A stretch of DNA of 64,000 nt from NCBI RefSeq assembly GCF_037042905.1, contig NC_087251.1:44084001-44148000 (forward strand), read 5' to 3'. Within the stretch, counting starts at the first letter, position 1. Each line of letters opens with the position of its first letter. Shown here one piece after another: positions 12,274 through 26,500 of this stretch. The DNA is from Lytechinus pictus. Taxonomy: Eukaryota. The translations under genes were made by a program, and so were the position numbers. The notes below the pieces were generated by a model. That model was given only the letters and a program-made list of their open reading frames with translations. It was not told the DNA's origin and did not search any database.

Positions 12274-12850
12274 AATACAAGTCCACCCCAACAAAAAGTG
12301 GATTTAAATAAAAAAAGAAAAATCCAACAAGCATAACACTGAAAATTTCATTATAATCGGATGAAAAATAAAATTTTCACAAAACATGCAGTGATATGCA
12401 CAACTTGGCGACATGTAAATGAGACAGTAAGTTGATGATGTCCCTCACTCACTATTACTTTTTATTGTTTGAATTATAATATTTCATTTTTTACAGATTT
12501 GACAATTAGGACCAACTTGACTGAACCATATAGTATTAAACATTAATTCCACATTTTCAAGTGGAATTAATCTTGTCGATCAAGACGTTCATTGAGGAGA
12601 AAATTAGAATATTTCATATTTCATATAATAAAATACAAAAGAAATAGTGAGTAGATGACATCATCAGTCTCCTCATTTGAATACCGACCAGGATGTGCAT
12701 ATAACTGTTTTGCGAAAAATATAAAGGGAAACTTTAAAATGTCATAACTTTCTTATTTTACATCCGATTTTGATGAAATGTTGAGTATTTTGCTTGTTGG
12801 ATTTTTCTCTTTATATTCAAATCCACTTTTTGTTGGGGTGGACTAGTCCT
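12274..12850. mobile_element. Kolobok-like MITE (TTAA TSD)
   Basis: TTAA at 12270-12273 and 12851-12854; long TIRs caagtccaccccaacaaaaag...aaaatccaacaagca / tgcttgttggatttt...ctttttgttggggtggactagtcct. Confidence 0.8.
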
Positions 12851-13994
12851 TTAAGCATTATTCCCCGGGCATTATTCTCAGTGTCATATCGGTTGACGAC
12901 TTGACGTACTGATGCTAATTTCAAATATTTCAAGACCACTAAAATTAGTAACTCGGTCTTTAAAATCTTGTTGCTATAGAAGTGCCTTAAAACCTTCAAT
13001 CCAGGCCTTCATATCATGTTTGGACATGGGCGGAAATCCCAGGGGGACAGGGGAGACGTGTCCCCCCTACTCAAAATAGTAGGGGGGACACAATATCAAA
13101 TGTCCCCCTACTATTTTTGGTTTTTTATGATGGTAAGAAATACATCATTCTAAAGCGAAATAAAACATGTATTTTGGGACGAGATGACCTTACTTTTGGG
13201 ATGATAACCTTTTTTTGCTTGTCAAATTTTCCCGCCCCTTGTCCCCGTAGGCGGACCAGGGGGCCGAGGGGTCCACCCCCCCCCCCCCCCCTCTTGGCGG
13301 AGCAAAAAAAAGAAAAAAAGGGAAAGAAAGAAGGAATAGAGGGAAAAGAGAGGAGAAAAAGAAAAGAAGGACGACGAGTGCATAAAATAAAATGAGAGGA
13401 AGACTTGGAAAATAAAAATAATCTTTCGTGCCACTATATAAAATTTTCGCTCGCGCTTCGCGCTCGCATTGCCTGTTAGATGACTTACATATCTTGTTCA
13501 ATATGGAGCTCGAATGTCAAGTTTAGAAGTCAATATACAAAACATATTTCACCTCGGAAATCGAACTTCATTATTTTGTGTGATTTACAAATTGATTTTT
13601 AAAAAGTGCTCTGTAAAAATGTCAGTTTTATGGTCTGAATATGAACATTTGCTGCTTGCGCTGCGTGCTCGCAAATTATGATTTTTCAGGTACCTATTAT
13701 TTTTCATGAAGTTTTCAAAATATCCCTTTTCAGGTCTGATTGTTGAGACGTAAAAATATCAGCTAGCGCGCTGCACGCTCGCATTTTGATTGGCGAGTTA
13801 TATATGTTTCAATATTGATTGTACAACAAACTACATAAAATCCCCTTTTCATGACAGTTTATCAAAAATTTTAGCTCGCGATTTGCGCTCGCATTAATGG
13901 TTAAAAATATATAAACTGATGCATCCTATTCATAATTACAAAAGTAAAATGTCCAGTTTTTATGCCATAATATCAGATTTCGCGCCCTTATTAG

Positions 13995-15202
13995 CAGGAG
14001 GGGGGGGGGTGGCCTGTACAAACATCCCCCCACTTTTTACGAAAGAAATGAAAAAAAAAATCACAAGAGATAATTGTTTTATTGGTGAAAATTCTTCCAA
14101 AAATACCGCTTATCAAATAAAATAATATTATTGAATCATAAAATGCAAATAAAGAGCCAGTTCACCATTTCCAAACAAAATACTTATGTCCTTATTATAA
14201 CATTGAAGAGAAACCCCCGTTTCTTCCAATTCATCAATGTTGGGGTCTTTGGGAAGGGATTAAGATAGAATGTCAAAATTTTTTAAAATGTAATCTCTAA
14301 TAAAACCATTAAACCATCATGGGGTAAAAAAGATAATAATATCGGAGGGGTATTTGCCATATGGACATACAGTGGCGTAACTACGGGGGACATGGGGGGC
14401 ACACCCCCCCCCCCCCACATCGGCTGACCAAAAAAAAACGGGGAAAGGGGGGAAAGGAGAAAAGAGGGAGAAAGGAAGAGAAAAGTAGTGGGAAAGAAGA
14501 AAATATTATTCATTATAATGTTATATTATAATTATGTTAAGTTACATTACATAAGAAACATTTTTATCATAACTTTATGAAACATAATTTGCCCAGGGCC
14601 TACGTCTTCATTGTTCCTGGTGCTCGCATTGTCTGTTTAACGAGATATATAATCCTGTTGTACTAAAACATCCCGTTTTCAAGTCAATATAAACCAAATA
14701 TATTTCCTAGCACTTGAGTTATCATTGTTTTATGTAGTGACATATGCTTCATTTTCATGACTCAAAAGTGATTGCCCCATGTTAAGGTCTTCGTATATAT
14801 GAAACATTTCCTGTCCGTGATTACGTTCGCATTAGTGGATTGGTGAGATATGTCTGCTCTTCATGAATTCCTAAAATCGGTCCTTAAAATGTAACTTCTT
14901 CTGATCTGAATATAAAAAAATTTCAGCTCGCGCTTCGCGCTCTCATCATTTGATCAGTGAGATACATATCCGTTTAATGACATTGTCCTTAAAATGTCTC
15001 TATTAGGTCACTCACTCAGTCATTCAAAAATTTTGCTGGTGCCCCCCCCCCCCCCCCCAATACCGTGACCCACGGTACTCCACTGTCAGTGTGGACATAT
15101 CAATGACAATTCCTTGCATATCTAAAAACATGATTGCAAAAAAAAAAAAGCCAAAATATTTCAGTCATCCCCCCCACCCATCAACACGGATTTACGTCAG
15201 TG
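13995..15202. mobile_element. Nested element (level 3)
   Basis: 8-bp TSD cttattag at 13987-13994 and 15203-15210; CA...TG termini, G-run/C-run subtermini. Confidence 0.75.
14370..15091. mobile_element. Nested element (level 4) with CAGTGGCGTA termini
   Basis: cagtggcgta / tactccactg TIR; 8-bp TSD tggacata at 14362-14369 and 15092-15099 (6 extra nt after the right TIR). Confidence 0.7.
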
Positions 15203-17589
15203 CTTATTAGGCATTAATAAATATGATATTAATTGAATAATCAAATTGTCCCTTTTGTTTCATCTCGCTTAGCAAGAGGAATAGGAAGATAGTCATCATT
15301 TTCATATGATGACATGTCGTAAGGATGTCCCGGTCCTATGTCAAAGCTCAGAGTAATAATAATGAAAATATCAGCTCTTTTTTAAGTGCGATCCATATCC
15401 ACAAAGTGCTTCTACAAAGTGCTTGAAATATAAAGCTGAAATTGACTCTTTTTTCAGATCGGAATATCAAAGTTTCATGATTTTCATGATTAAAGATGTA
15501 TATAGAATGCCTATAGATTCTAGGTCTAAATATGAAACACGCGCGCACATGTTAATTCAGATACTCAACTTGTTCTCTATTTAAATCATTATCCAGTTTC
15601 AGATCGCAATATCAAAATTGTTCTGCTCGCCGTGCTCGCATTATTGTATAGGAAGACCCCATATTACTCATCCTTTTCATGATTTACAAAACATGAACAG
15701 AGTGGCCCATTTTTAGGTCTAAATCTCGATTTTTTTTCTGCTCGCACTTCCCGCTCTCATCAATTATTAAATTATATAGCTATCCTGTTCACGATTACAA
15801 AAATGATTAAAATTTTCCATTCTTTCTCTAGAAAGTTCAAAAATTTTCAGCTCGCGCTTCGCATTCGCAGTTTTCTATTGTTGAAATATGTAACGCCTTC
15901 ATGGCTAAGTGCAAGCAGTCCTTAACAGTTACCTTTTCAACAGGTACCAGTTCAAAACGTATATAAAAATTTTCTTTCATCAATTGTTTACTTAATTACC
16001 TATTCTGCTTGAGTTACAAAAAGTGCTTAGAATTTCCATTCTTTAGGTGAAAAAGTCAACAAAAAATTGCTCACGCTTCGCGCTCGCATTATTTGATAGT
16101 TAAATGCTACTTTAACAGGTATTTTTTCCATCAGTTCATTTGCATGTACTCGCGCTTTGCGTTCGTAGTAATTATTAAGTTGCGTACACATCATTTTTCA
16201 GGATAACAAACATTGCCCAGAATGTTCAAATTTTAGGAAAAAATACAAAAAAAAAAATCAAAAAATTGCTTGCGCTTCGCGCTCGCATAATATAAATAAG
16301 GATTATGATATTACATATAAATTTATAAGAATAAAGCTAAGAAGTGACTAATGAGGACTACCCCTTCAAAAAAAAAAAATCGGGGAAATTATGGCTGAAA
16401 CAAATTTCCGCCGCCCCCCCCCCCTATTGGCGAAGGTTGGATCCGCCCCTGTGTCCCCCCTACCTTTTGGGAGAGATTTCCGCCCCTGTGTTTGGACATG
16501 ATAGAGCTAAGACTTTGGCGTCTCGGCAGATCGACTAGGCTAGTGCAATGAGCAAGCTGATCGGTGTCATATCCCCACTTAATCTTTAGTATTTGATTAA
16601 ATAATTTCTCCTCCGCAGGGTACGGTAAGATTGACTAAACTGAATTAATATTAAAGAAAATTATTGCTGCAACTGATCATGATACAAGGGAGACAATTCG
16701 AGTACACTATATGAAAATGTGAATAGCATTATACGAAAAAGGAAAGCATTGGCACTATCTTGCATGTTCGATTATTTGCATATGGGGGCCCCATGGGGCA
16801 TGGTCTTATTTCACAATAGGCCTAATATACAGTATTGCTAAACTTTGAAATTCAACTTTGTTGTTTTGTAATAGAGAAGCGTTGTGGTTAGTGAATTTTT
16901 ACTCTGCTTGTTTGGGTATCATTATTTCAGCCCGAAATACTCCATCATTGAGCGACCAATATAATACAACCATATACAAATTTAACATAATGATAACAAT
17001 AAACAGGTAACGGGCATGGTACCCAGCTGTCAACCAATCATATTTTAGAACTGTATACTGTTTTGCATGTGAATTCTGAAGCTGCGCCCTCTACCTCGCT
17101 CTATCTGTATATATCGCAACTCGAAAAGCGCCCGCGAATATATATATTCCTCTCTGCTCTTCCAAATATGTAATGCGAAATAACAAACTTGACCCTTCGC
17201 TCCACATTACATCGTGTTGATTAAGAAGCTCATTACTGCACATAAACATTAAACAATTTGTATCTTCAGTTCATTATATGATTGTGAATTATAAGTGTGA
17301 TAATGTATCACTGAATATTTTGATGGATATGATTTTCGCAGTGTGCAGAGATACTACTCGCGTATACGACAGCTAGCTGCTGCTGCGCCGAACTGGTTTT
17401 GACCGGTTTTTATTCGCCAAAAATTTCCATCACTCGAGACGCCGAATTCGTCGGATGGAGATCGAAGCTGGATTTACTCTGAAATATCTTAATTTTAAAT
17501 GGCTGAAACATCCTCGAATTGCCAGATAATATAGACAATTAATGAAATGAAAGCTTGATTCACGAATGCTTTAATGTAAGCGTCGTGTG

Positions 17590-17690
17590 GTATCCAGGTT
17601 AGCAATTTACAGAGCAGATAGTTCACGTGGGTTCTGTACTCGTCTCGGCGGACGACGGCCAGCAGCGGAGAGCTATCATAGCAAGTAAGT
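17590..17690 (+). promoter_or_regulatory. Candidate XPO1 promoter / non-coding first exon
   Basis: CpG-rich patch, CACGTG at 17624, donor GTAAGT at 17685; the ATG exon has an acceptor at 20344, so an upstream exon is expected. An alternative donor lies at ~16625. Confidence 0.3.
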
Positions 17691-18396
17691 AAAGCAGAGA
17701 GGCCGCATTCTCATTGGTCCATGCATGCTAGGGTCTTGCCGAGTGAGTGTACAGCCCAGCGAGCCAGCTCCAGCTGGCATCGTTCGAATCAGCGATCAGC
17801 TGAGCTCTCACTCAGCTAACCCAAGCCCAAGGAGCTTCGGCGCCGCCCCTTCGACGGTGGTGCTCATTTTAATTAAGCCTGGGGCCATGCTGCTTGTTGC
17901 TAGCTGATGAAGTACTATGCTAGGCCTAGGGCCTGGACCCGATGAAAACTAGTAAAGGCCGGGGTGCCGGGTGGTTATGATTGTAAAAAAATTGTAAAAA
18001 TTGTAGAGACAGCTGGCAGCCGTCTGTTTCGAGGAGTTCTTTATTGATTTTTAAATTTCAAATTTTTTAAATTTCTCCTCGTACACAGACGGCTCGCTAT
18101 CGTGCAGCCACCATTACTCATTAGGGTAGGGGACTTAAAATGCAAATTCCCCCGTCGGGGCTCTTCGATTTTTGTCTTTATTTCATAAAAATATTTAAAG
18201 AGAACTGTACCAAAAAAAAGAAAGATTATTATCATGATTCCTATTCCGTTTTGGCCTGAAAAGTGAAATGCACCAAAACGGGGAAAAATAAACTTAAAAG
18301 GGGAAAAAACAGTGACTTACTTCGGCTGTCGCGCAACTTCACTTCCCTGTTTTATCCGAACTTGATACGGCCATTGAGTCCCCTGTACAGATCGAG

Positions 18397-18480
18397 CTAG
18401 AACTTCGGTCTCTGTATTTTGGTGAGTGGAGCCAACGGAGTTCAGCGGAACAATAACAGAGACCGAAGCTTTTGGTCTAG
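18397..18480. mobile_element. ~85-bp hairpin MITE (second copy inverted at 50582-50664)
   Basis: TIR cttcggtctctgt / acagagaccgaag; the interior matches the reverse complement of 50582-50664. Confidence 0.7.
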
Positions 18481-18652
18481 ATCAGTAGATGTAGATCTAT
18501 TCTAGGTCCAGATCAAGACCTGAAATTCTGAATTTGCACAGTTTACCATTTTAACATAATTTTGTTAATCAGAAAAATATGATTCATTTTGATTTTGAAA
18601 TCTGAGTTTTTTAAATGTATGGTAAGGGGACCTAACTTAATTGATGCTACGC

Positions 18653-18948
18653 GGGTCCTAAAGCTACGCACCACTCATCGCGCATGCAGTTTTTAATGGC
18701 AAATGTGCACTCTGTGTGTGGCCAGTGACGAACGATTCGATTCCTATTCAATTGTTACTACAGAAGCTGCAGTAAATCTCTAATTAAAATGCAGCGAAAA
18801 CCCACAAGTCACAACTGTTTGGAATTTTGGAGTTATATTCGCTTTAATTTCATTTTATCCTATAATAATGTGAACATATTTTAGAAATTGAGGCACAGGA
18901 AAAATGCTATTTTTTGCATGATAAATCGAGTGCGTAGCTTTAGGACCC
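18653..18948. mobile_element. MITE-like inverted repeat element
   Basis: Perfect 19-bp IR gggtcctaaagctacgcac / gtgcgtagctttaggaccc. Confidence 0.6.
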
Positions 18949-19098
18949 CTTCGACATCGGAATCAAGAGGTGTTAAAAAAACACTGGAATTTACGTATTA
19001 CGTGAGTTTTGCAATATTTTCTTTTTGGCTAATGATTTATATTTGCCACAAATTAGTGAAAGATAATTTGTTCAATAATTAAAATTGGCATAGTTTTT

Positions 19099-19242
19099 CA
19101 GGGGCCACGGAACGGTTTTCGAAGTGGGGGGGCTGACCATGCAAAAAAATCACAATCATATGGTAATTTTTACGTTTTTGTACACGGTTTTGGAAAAAAG
19201 TGGGGGGGGGGGGGCTGAAGCCCCCCGCTTCCGCGGCCCCTG
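19099..19242. mobile_element. Short MITE with CAGGGGCC termini
   Basis: caggggccacggaa / ttccgcggcccctg; a related inverted fragment lies at ~46945-47063. Confidence 0.7.
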
Positions 19243-20383
19243 TTTTTATCGTTTGAAAACAAAGTGCTTAGCTTTAGGTCCCCCCATCATAAAACTAAAA
19301 AGGGGGGGATGTTTTCTGAGTTTTTAGGCTAGGCCTTCAAGGTCAGGGGTTATGTTGTTTTTTTGGGGGGAAGGGGAAGGCATGTCTGCATTTGAGCTTA
19401 ATTAAAATTAAAGCCAAGGTACTAATTTGCAGTTTCGCACCAGCCGATTTCGAGAGAATTTCCCCACCAATGGTTGTTTGCAAAAGTTAATAGCAAGTCT
19501 CAATCATATTTCAAGGCCAAGATAGACTACCCACCACTTTTCCGAACATCGCAATCAGGAACGGCTGTATTTCGGCTTCGATCTCGACATCATTCAAGTT
19601 CCCAGTCAGACATTGCTTCGCTTGGAGTTGGATTTGCTGTTATTTTGATAAGGATTGAAATAGACAACCAAAAGTTTTTTAGCTGATATCAGATTTTTTT
19701 TTTTCAGCTTATTTTTGGCTTTCTTCTGTTCAAAAATATGAGAGCTCTTCCTATTTCAGACTTTTTCATCACTCTTCAGCTTTTTTCAGATCTTTTTATT
19801 TGTGACTACTCACACCCCTGAATATGTAGACTGATACTCTAATGTTAGACCTATTCATTAAAAAAAATCTGACTAAAGAAATGGGAAAATATTGTATTTC
19901 AGGCATTTCAGTCGAAAGCAGCCATTCTCAACAAAATCCTTGAATCATGTGAAAAGTGAATGTGTGCTTATAAAATTTTGGCTCTATTTTTTTGTTCAGT
20001 TTGAAAATGTTTGGCTGAGGATTCTTTAATCTGAAAATGATTGGCTGAGGTTTTTCAAGAAAATCATATTTGAAATTTTTCTGACATTTGGGGCACACTA
20101 CTCAAGAATATATTATATATCAACTGGAAATTATGATGGAATTTTAAAGAACTTCATGTTTCATCTCAAGTCAAATTTTTTAGGTGCATAGACATTATGC
20201 ACAGACAAGGGGCCACTGCATAGGCAAGGATTAGTGAAATTCACTTGGAGGGGGGGGGGGTACCAAAACAAAAATTCTCCTTTAGAATGATAATTGCTGC
20301 TTAAAAACCATGATTCAAACCTTTTCACCCTTATTTTTTTTCAGGCATTCGCTCTAATCCAGACATCTTGTGTAGGTGAATCA

Positions 20384-20509
20384 ATGCCTTCACAGAGCAT
20401 GGCAACGTTGGCTGAGCAGGCTGCAAAGCTGCTCGACTTTAGTCAGAAGCTTGACATCAACCTCCTGGACACAGTCGTTGGTGCCATGTATAGTGGAGAA
20501 GGCCCAGAA
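20384..20509 (+). CDS. XPO1: XPO1 coding exon 1
   Basis: [29 protein letters not shown]...GEGPE|gtaagt. Confidence 0.93.
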
Positions 20510-23500
20510 GTAAGTAGACAGTGTTATTATATGCCAGGGTTATACAGTTAACTTTGCCTGTCTCTGGCGTTTCAAGGGAAATGCATTCTTTCAGTTGTAT
20601 TTTATATTATCTTTTGCCATATGAAATAATAATAATATTACATCATGATAATAATATTGCTTAATAATAATTAATAATAACAACAACAATATATTATTAT
20701 TATTTATGATGATATGATGATGATGATGGTGATGATGATGATGATTACTCCAGTTTGTTCATGAAACAATAGATGGTCTGGTGCCATATAACATTTGGCA
20801 GCGATCCACATTAACTCATTTCCAGGGGCCTGTTGCATAAAAGAAAAGCTCTGGCAATTATTCAGAGTCAAGGGAGAAGGTAGTGTTAGTCATTTCATTG
20901 GTAGTGTCCATTAAATGATAGTACTATCAAGGTAGGATGGAAACGAGGAAGATATTTCATGGACATGAAAATGTGAAATTTTAAGCAACCGGGGTAAGGG
21001 TTTATTTCCCCCTTATATTGGGTTTTTGCCAAGCTATCCCATGGAATTCCATGTTCATAATCTGACAACTATAGAAATAAGAAACTGAATATTTATTTTG
21101 CCATCCTTGCCTCCACAGCAACAAATGGCCCAGCAAATATTGACAAGTTTGAAGGAGCATCCCGATGCATGGACAAGAGTCGACACCATACTTGAATTTT
21201 CCAGCAATCAACAAACCAAGGTTTGAATCGAACCCAATTTGCTACATCATCACTAACAGGGTGTTGCAAGAAACTTGTGATTGATTGTAGAACAATATTA
21301 GGTACCAATTCAATTGAAAGTCGTGCACTTCGTTGCAAATTGCAGTGGATTGGTGGTCTCTTTCTCGCGTCAAGAAATTATCTTGCTTTAGTCAAAATTG
21401 ATCTATCACTTGTTCATTTGCATCTTAAATTTGCAATGGATTACAATTATTTTCTTGCAACACCCCCTAAGTTCAACTCGAAGTATTGCTTCCTATGGAA
21501 GCCATCTTAAGTGTGAATAACCAACTCAACAATATTCTGAATGATAAATAAAATCATTATTTATTTGCCTGTTTTTATTTGCTTGGTGACTGGATGCAGT
21601 ATATTTTAGATGTGCAGGTAACAGCATTTGTAAATATACACCTATGATCAGTTTTTCCAATTTTAAAGGTTGATTAAATGTACTTAAATTTTTTTTTGTA
21701 TTCTCCTAGTAAGATAAAGGTCTGCGTGGTGTGATTTACAGTCCACAATTCTGTCTACTTGGTTTGCCTGTTTATATATTAAAAAAAATGATTTGAATAT
21801 TGGTATTTTCGTTCACAGTACTATGGATTACAGATCCTTGAGAATGTCATCAAGACTCGTTGGAAAGTTTTACCTCGCACTCAGTGCGAGGGAATTAAGA
21901 AGTACACAGTCGGACTCATCATCAAGATATCATCCGAAAAGGACCTGGCTGAGGTAATTTGGTCGTCATTTAAAATTCTAACCCCTCTACTAAATCTAGA
22001 TCAGTATTTAAAAGCACAGAGGTGAAAGATGTGATATTGTGGGTAATTGCACCATCTATCGAGACATTTTCTTCACAACCATTGGGACTTCTTCTGAAAA
22101 TGAGTATGATTTATTATTCCTCTTCCAAACAAGATTTGAAGGGTGTAAAGAGTTTGTGTACAGTTGGGCGGTCTGGCATCAATCTTGCAGATCTTCCTCA
22201 GTATCTGCAAATCGCTCATGAGATTGACACATACTTTGGTCATAGAGTAAAAATGTGCAAGACATATTTTTTGACATGTCAGATACAATGTTGCCATGGT
22301 AATGACCTGTTGTTAGGGCCGACTAACATATTTTCTGTGTGTTACAAAACTTTTTATTGTGCCATGTTTGATTTGATTTTACAGAAGGAAAAGGTCTATC
22401 TTGGGAAGTTGAACATCATCTTGGTCCAGATCTTAAAACATGAATGGCCCAGGAATTGGCCAGCATTCATCAGTGACATTGTTGGGGCCAGCAAAACAAA
22501 TGAATCTCTGTGTCAGAACAACCTTGCCATTTTAAAGCTCCTCAGGTAAGGAAAAAAAAGATTAACATGATTTGAGGTACAACTTATTTATTCCCCAGTA
22601 AACTTCATTCCTCAGTGAAGTTTGACTGACTTAACCACTTCTCTATTGCCATGTTGTGATTATAATATGTAATTGCGGCATTTCACCTCTGAATTCAGAT
22701 TTTCCTGTACTGTTAATTGGGATATATATCTTCTCTCTTCCTGTTCTTCCAATCCTCTCCTTCTCCCCCCCCCTCCCCCCCCCCCCCCCCCCGGGATATC
22801 GCACTCTCATCTTCTGTGATCTTTTATGTCCTTTTGTTCCTACATTCAAATGATATATTATATACATACAGTGTGGGAACCTATTATAAACCATAATGTA
22901 TGGGAGCTTTAATAGTAGGAAAGTGGGCTAATGGTTATTTCCCAAACTCTCTGTATATTTGATAGTAGTATAAGTAGAAGTAATAGAAAATAATTTATGT
23001 TTAATTTTTCTCTGGATTTTTACAGTGAAGAGGTGTTTGATTTCTCCAGCGGGCAAATGACCCAGGCCAAAGCTAAACATCTCAAGGACAGCATGTGTAA
23101 TGAGTTCTCTAGTGTATTTCAGCTGTGTCAATATGTCATGGTAAGAAATCAATATTTTCTACTGAAATCTTAAAAGATAAAGTTTGTATTTAGTACCGTA
23201 TGTTAAATGTAAAAATCTGAACTGAAGATAAGTGATGAATTTATAGGATAAAGAATGTGTTTTTCTGAAAAGAAAATATATGACATGAAACATACTTGTC
23301 AATTGTTTTATTAAATAAGAACATTGCTGTTTGGGGGAAAGGAAAATGCCATTTTAGATTATGTGTTCCTGTTTATATGATTTTTTTCTTTAGTATTGAA
23401 TAGGAAATTTAAGTGTATTTGTATTATTGAACATTTCCCATTTCTTGATTTGTCAGGGTGGTCAGGTATGCATGAAGGTATAACATGCATTTTTATGTTT

Positions 23501-26500
23501 CATTTTTATTCGCAGGATAATTCTCAGAATGCCTCCCTCGTTGGATCATGTCTTGAAACGTTACTGCGATTTCTCAACTGGATTCCCCTGGGCTACATAT
23601 ATGAAACAAAGTTGATCAGCACTTTGATATACAAGGTATCATTCAATTCATTTATGAACTGCATTAAATTTATAGTGGTGTGAGGGGAACTTAAGACTTG
23701 TTTGTCCTTCCTTCTATCCATCAGTCCATCCTGCTTACGCTCTGTAAAAACGGATGGATCAACTGTATCCATTTAAAAGGGATAATGATTTTAGATAGGG
23801 GGGATGTGTGTCAAGGTCAATGGTCTTATGGAACGTTTTGCCCCAGTGGATTATTCTCCGGACTTTGAAACAAAGGGTCGTGGGTTCAAATCCCAGCCAT
23901 GGCATAGTTTCCTTCAGCAAGAAATTTATCCACATTGTGCTGCACTCAACCCAGGTGAGGTGAATGGGTATCTGGCAGGAATTTATTCCTTCAAATGCAC
24001 TGAGCGCTGGAAGGCTGCTTGAGCTACAGCCGGGGTAATAATACAAGTCCTTTGGAAGCGCATAGAGACGTTATTCATTGTGTGTTATACGCTATACAAG
24101 AACTGTCTATCATTATTATATTATGGAGATCATTGTAGATTTCTCATTCTTTTGAGAACCGTTGAAAGATCTTCTTCAGACTGAGATCTTGTATTTGTAT
24201 TGCCAGTAACACTGTTCTGATTGGAATTTGGGATATAAGATCAAATTTACAGAGGTCAATAGAAACAAAGTCGTTAGTTTTTGTCTCACCTGCATAGCAG
24301 AGTGAGACTATAGGCGCCGCTTTTCCGACGGCGGCGGCGGCGACGGCGGCGTCAACACCAAATCTTAACCTGAGGTTAAGTTTTTGAAATGACAGCATAA
24401 CTTAGAAAGTATATGGACCTAGTTCATGAAACTTGGCCATAAGGTTAATCAAGTATTACTGAACATCCTGCCTGAGTTTCATGTCACATGACTAAGGTCA
24501 AAGGTCATTTAGGGTCAATGAACTTAGACCATGTTGGGGGAATCAACATCAAAATCTTAACCTAAGGTTAAGTTTTTGAAATGTCATCATAACTTAGAAA
24601 ATATATGGACCTAGTTCATGAAACTTATACATAAGGTTAATCAAGTATCACTGAACATCCTGCATGAGTTTCACGTCACATGACCAAGGTCGAAGGTCAT
24701 TTATGGTCAATGAACTTTGGCCGAATTGGGGGTATCTGTTGAATTACCATCATAACTTTGAAAGTTTATGGATCTGATTCATGAAACTTGGACATAATAG
24801 TAATCAAGTATTACTGAACATCCTGTGCAAGTTTCAGGTCACATGATCAAGGTCAAAGGTCATTTAGGGTCAATGAACTTTGGCCAAATTGGGGTATTTG
24901 TTGAATTACAGCCATAAATTTGAAAGTGTGTTGGTCTAGTTCATAAAACTTGGACATAATAGTAATCAAGTATCACTGAACATCCTGTGCGAGTTTCAGG
25001 TCACATGATCAAGGTCAAAGGTCATGTAAGGTCAAAGAACTTTGGCCACGTTTACAGGGTTGGCACGTTTTAAACGGTGTGTTTTAAAACATGTTTTAAA
25101 ACGCGTTTTAAAACACCCGTTTTTTTTACAAAAAAAACGTGTTTTAAAACACCTCATAGACTTGTGTGTTATAAATATGCATGGATGTGATTTTACATGA
25201 ATATATTTTTTATACTTTTTTTCTTAAGTGGTATATTATTTTCTTCTAACTAAATATCTTTCTCACCACCACTCTTTTTCTCCTCTCTCTTTCCCCCCTT
25301 ATTCTCCCCTTTTCCATTGCTTTGTCATGTTCCTTTCCTCCTGTTCAATTATGTAGATCAATCTATATACATGTATTCTCATTTTAACAAGCATTTGAGT
25401 GTTGTGCTCACTTTTAGACAGGGAAAGAAACACTATTTAAAATAAGTTCAAATATGTAATAGTAGTACTTGAATAAAATGGAAGTGTTGCACAAGCACAA
25501 TAATATTTTGCAAATAGACAGTATAACTGACATTGTAACCTTGAGGTACACACGAAAGTAGGTGAAACTTTGCGTTTTGTAAAGATGAAGAAAAGTAGTT
25601 TAATTCAGAATAAGATAATCAGCTAGCAAACCTTAAAGGACAAGTCCACCCCAAGAAAAAGGTATTATGCTGAAAATTTCATCAAAATCGGATGTAAAAT
25701 AATAAAGTGATGACATTTTAAAGTTTCGCTTAATTTCGCAAAACAGTTATATGCGCATCCTGGTTGGTATGCAAATGAGGGGACTGATGACATCACTCAC
25801 TATTTATTTTGTATGTCGTTATTTTCTAATTGTCATGTGAAATATATTTTTTTTCCTCCCTGAACATGAGTGGAACTACCATTGTTTAAACATTTTTTGG
25901 TTCAGTTAAGTTGGTCATTATTATCAAATCTGTATAAATTGAAATATTTTATTGTTCAAACAATTAAAAAAACAAAAGAAATAGTGAGTGAGGGACATCA
26001 TCAACTCCCTCATTTGCACATCACTGAGTTGTTATAAATGTTTTGTGAAAAATAAGCGAAACTTTAAATGTCATAACTTTCTTATTTTACATCCGATTTC
26101 GATGAAATTTTCAGCATTATGCTTGTTTGAATTTTCTCTACTGATTCAAATCAGCATTTTTCTGGGGTGGATTTGACCTTTAACCCTAACAATCCCAGGG
26201 GACTGTAATGGCCCCCTTAAAAATTTCTATGATAAATCCATAAGAACAGCAGGGCCACGCCATATTGTTCAAGACTATTTTTTGGATACATGCATGGATA
26301 TGCGGTTATGATATTACCATGGAGCTATCAACACATTGATAGCTCCATGATATTACACAAGTAAAGCCAATGCAAAATTTTCGCCAACATTTTATCTGTA
26401 TCAATATTTGTACTTTTTGTTAATGATTGGAAAATAATTGCCAATAATTTCCATTAAAAAACGAAAAAAAAACAACAAAAGTAACCACAAAACTGTACAT

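Larger units (their letters stand above)
13246..16451. mobile_element. Nested element (level 2) with degenerate ~120-bp internal repeats carrying gctcgcgcttcgcgctcgcat
   Basis: Ends gtaggcggacc / ggatccgcccctg, both flanked by tgtccc; recurring CpG-rich motif. Confidence 0.6.
13025..16488. mobile_element. 8-bp-TSD DNA transposon containing three further nested elements
   Basis: TIR catgggcggaaatc / gatttccgcccctg; TSD tgtttgga at 13017-13024 and 16489-16496. Confidence 0.85.

Noticed and set aside
18314..18374. Minus-strand first exon (ATG...GTAAGT)
   Set aside because: The frame stops after 11 codons and no downstream minus-strand exons were found.
22130..22270. H/ACA snoRNA in XPO1 intron 3
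   Set aside because: One hairpin followed by ACA, but no correctly placed H box and second hairpin could be identified by eye.
23830..23900. tRNA-like sequence
   Set aside because: Degenerate head of a SINE, continuous with SINE body and tail; no intact cloverleaf seen.
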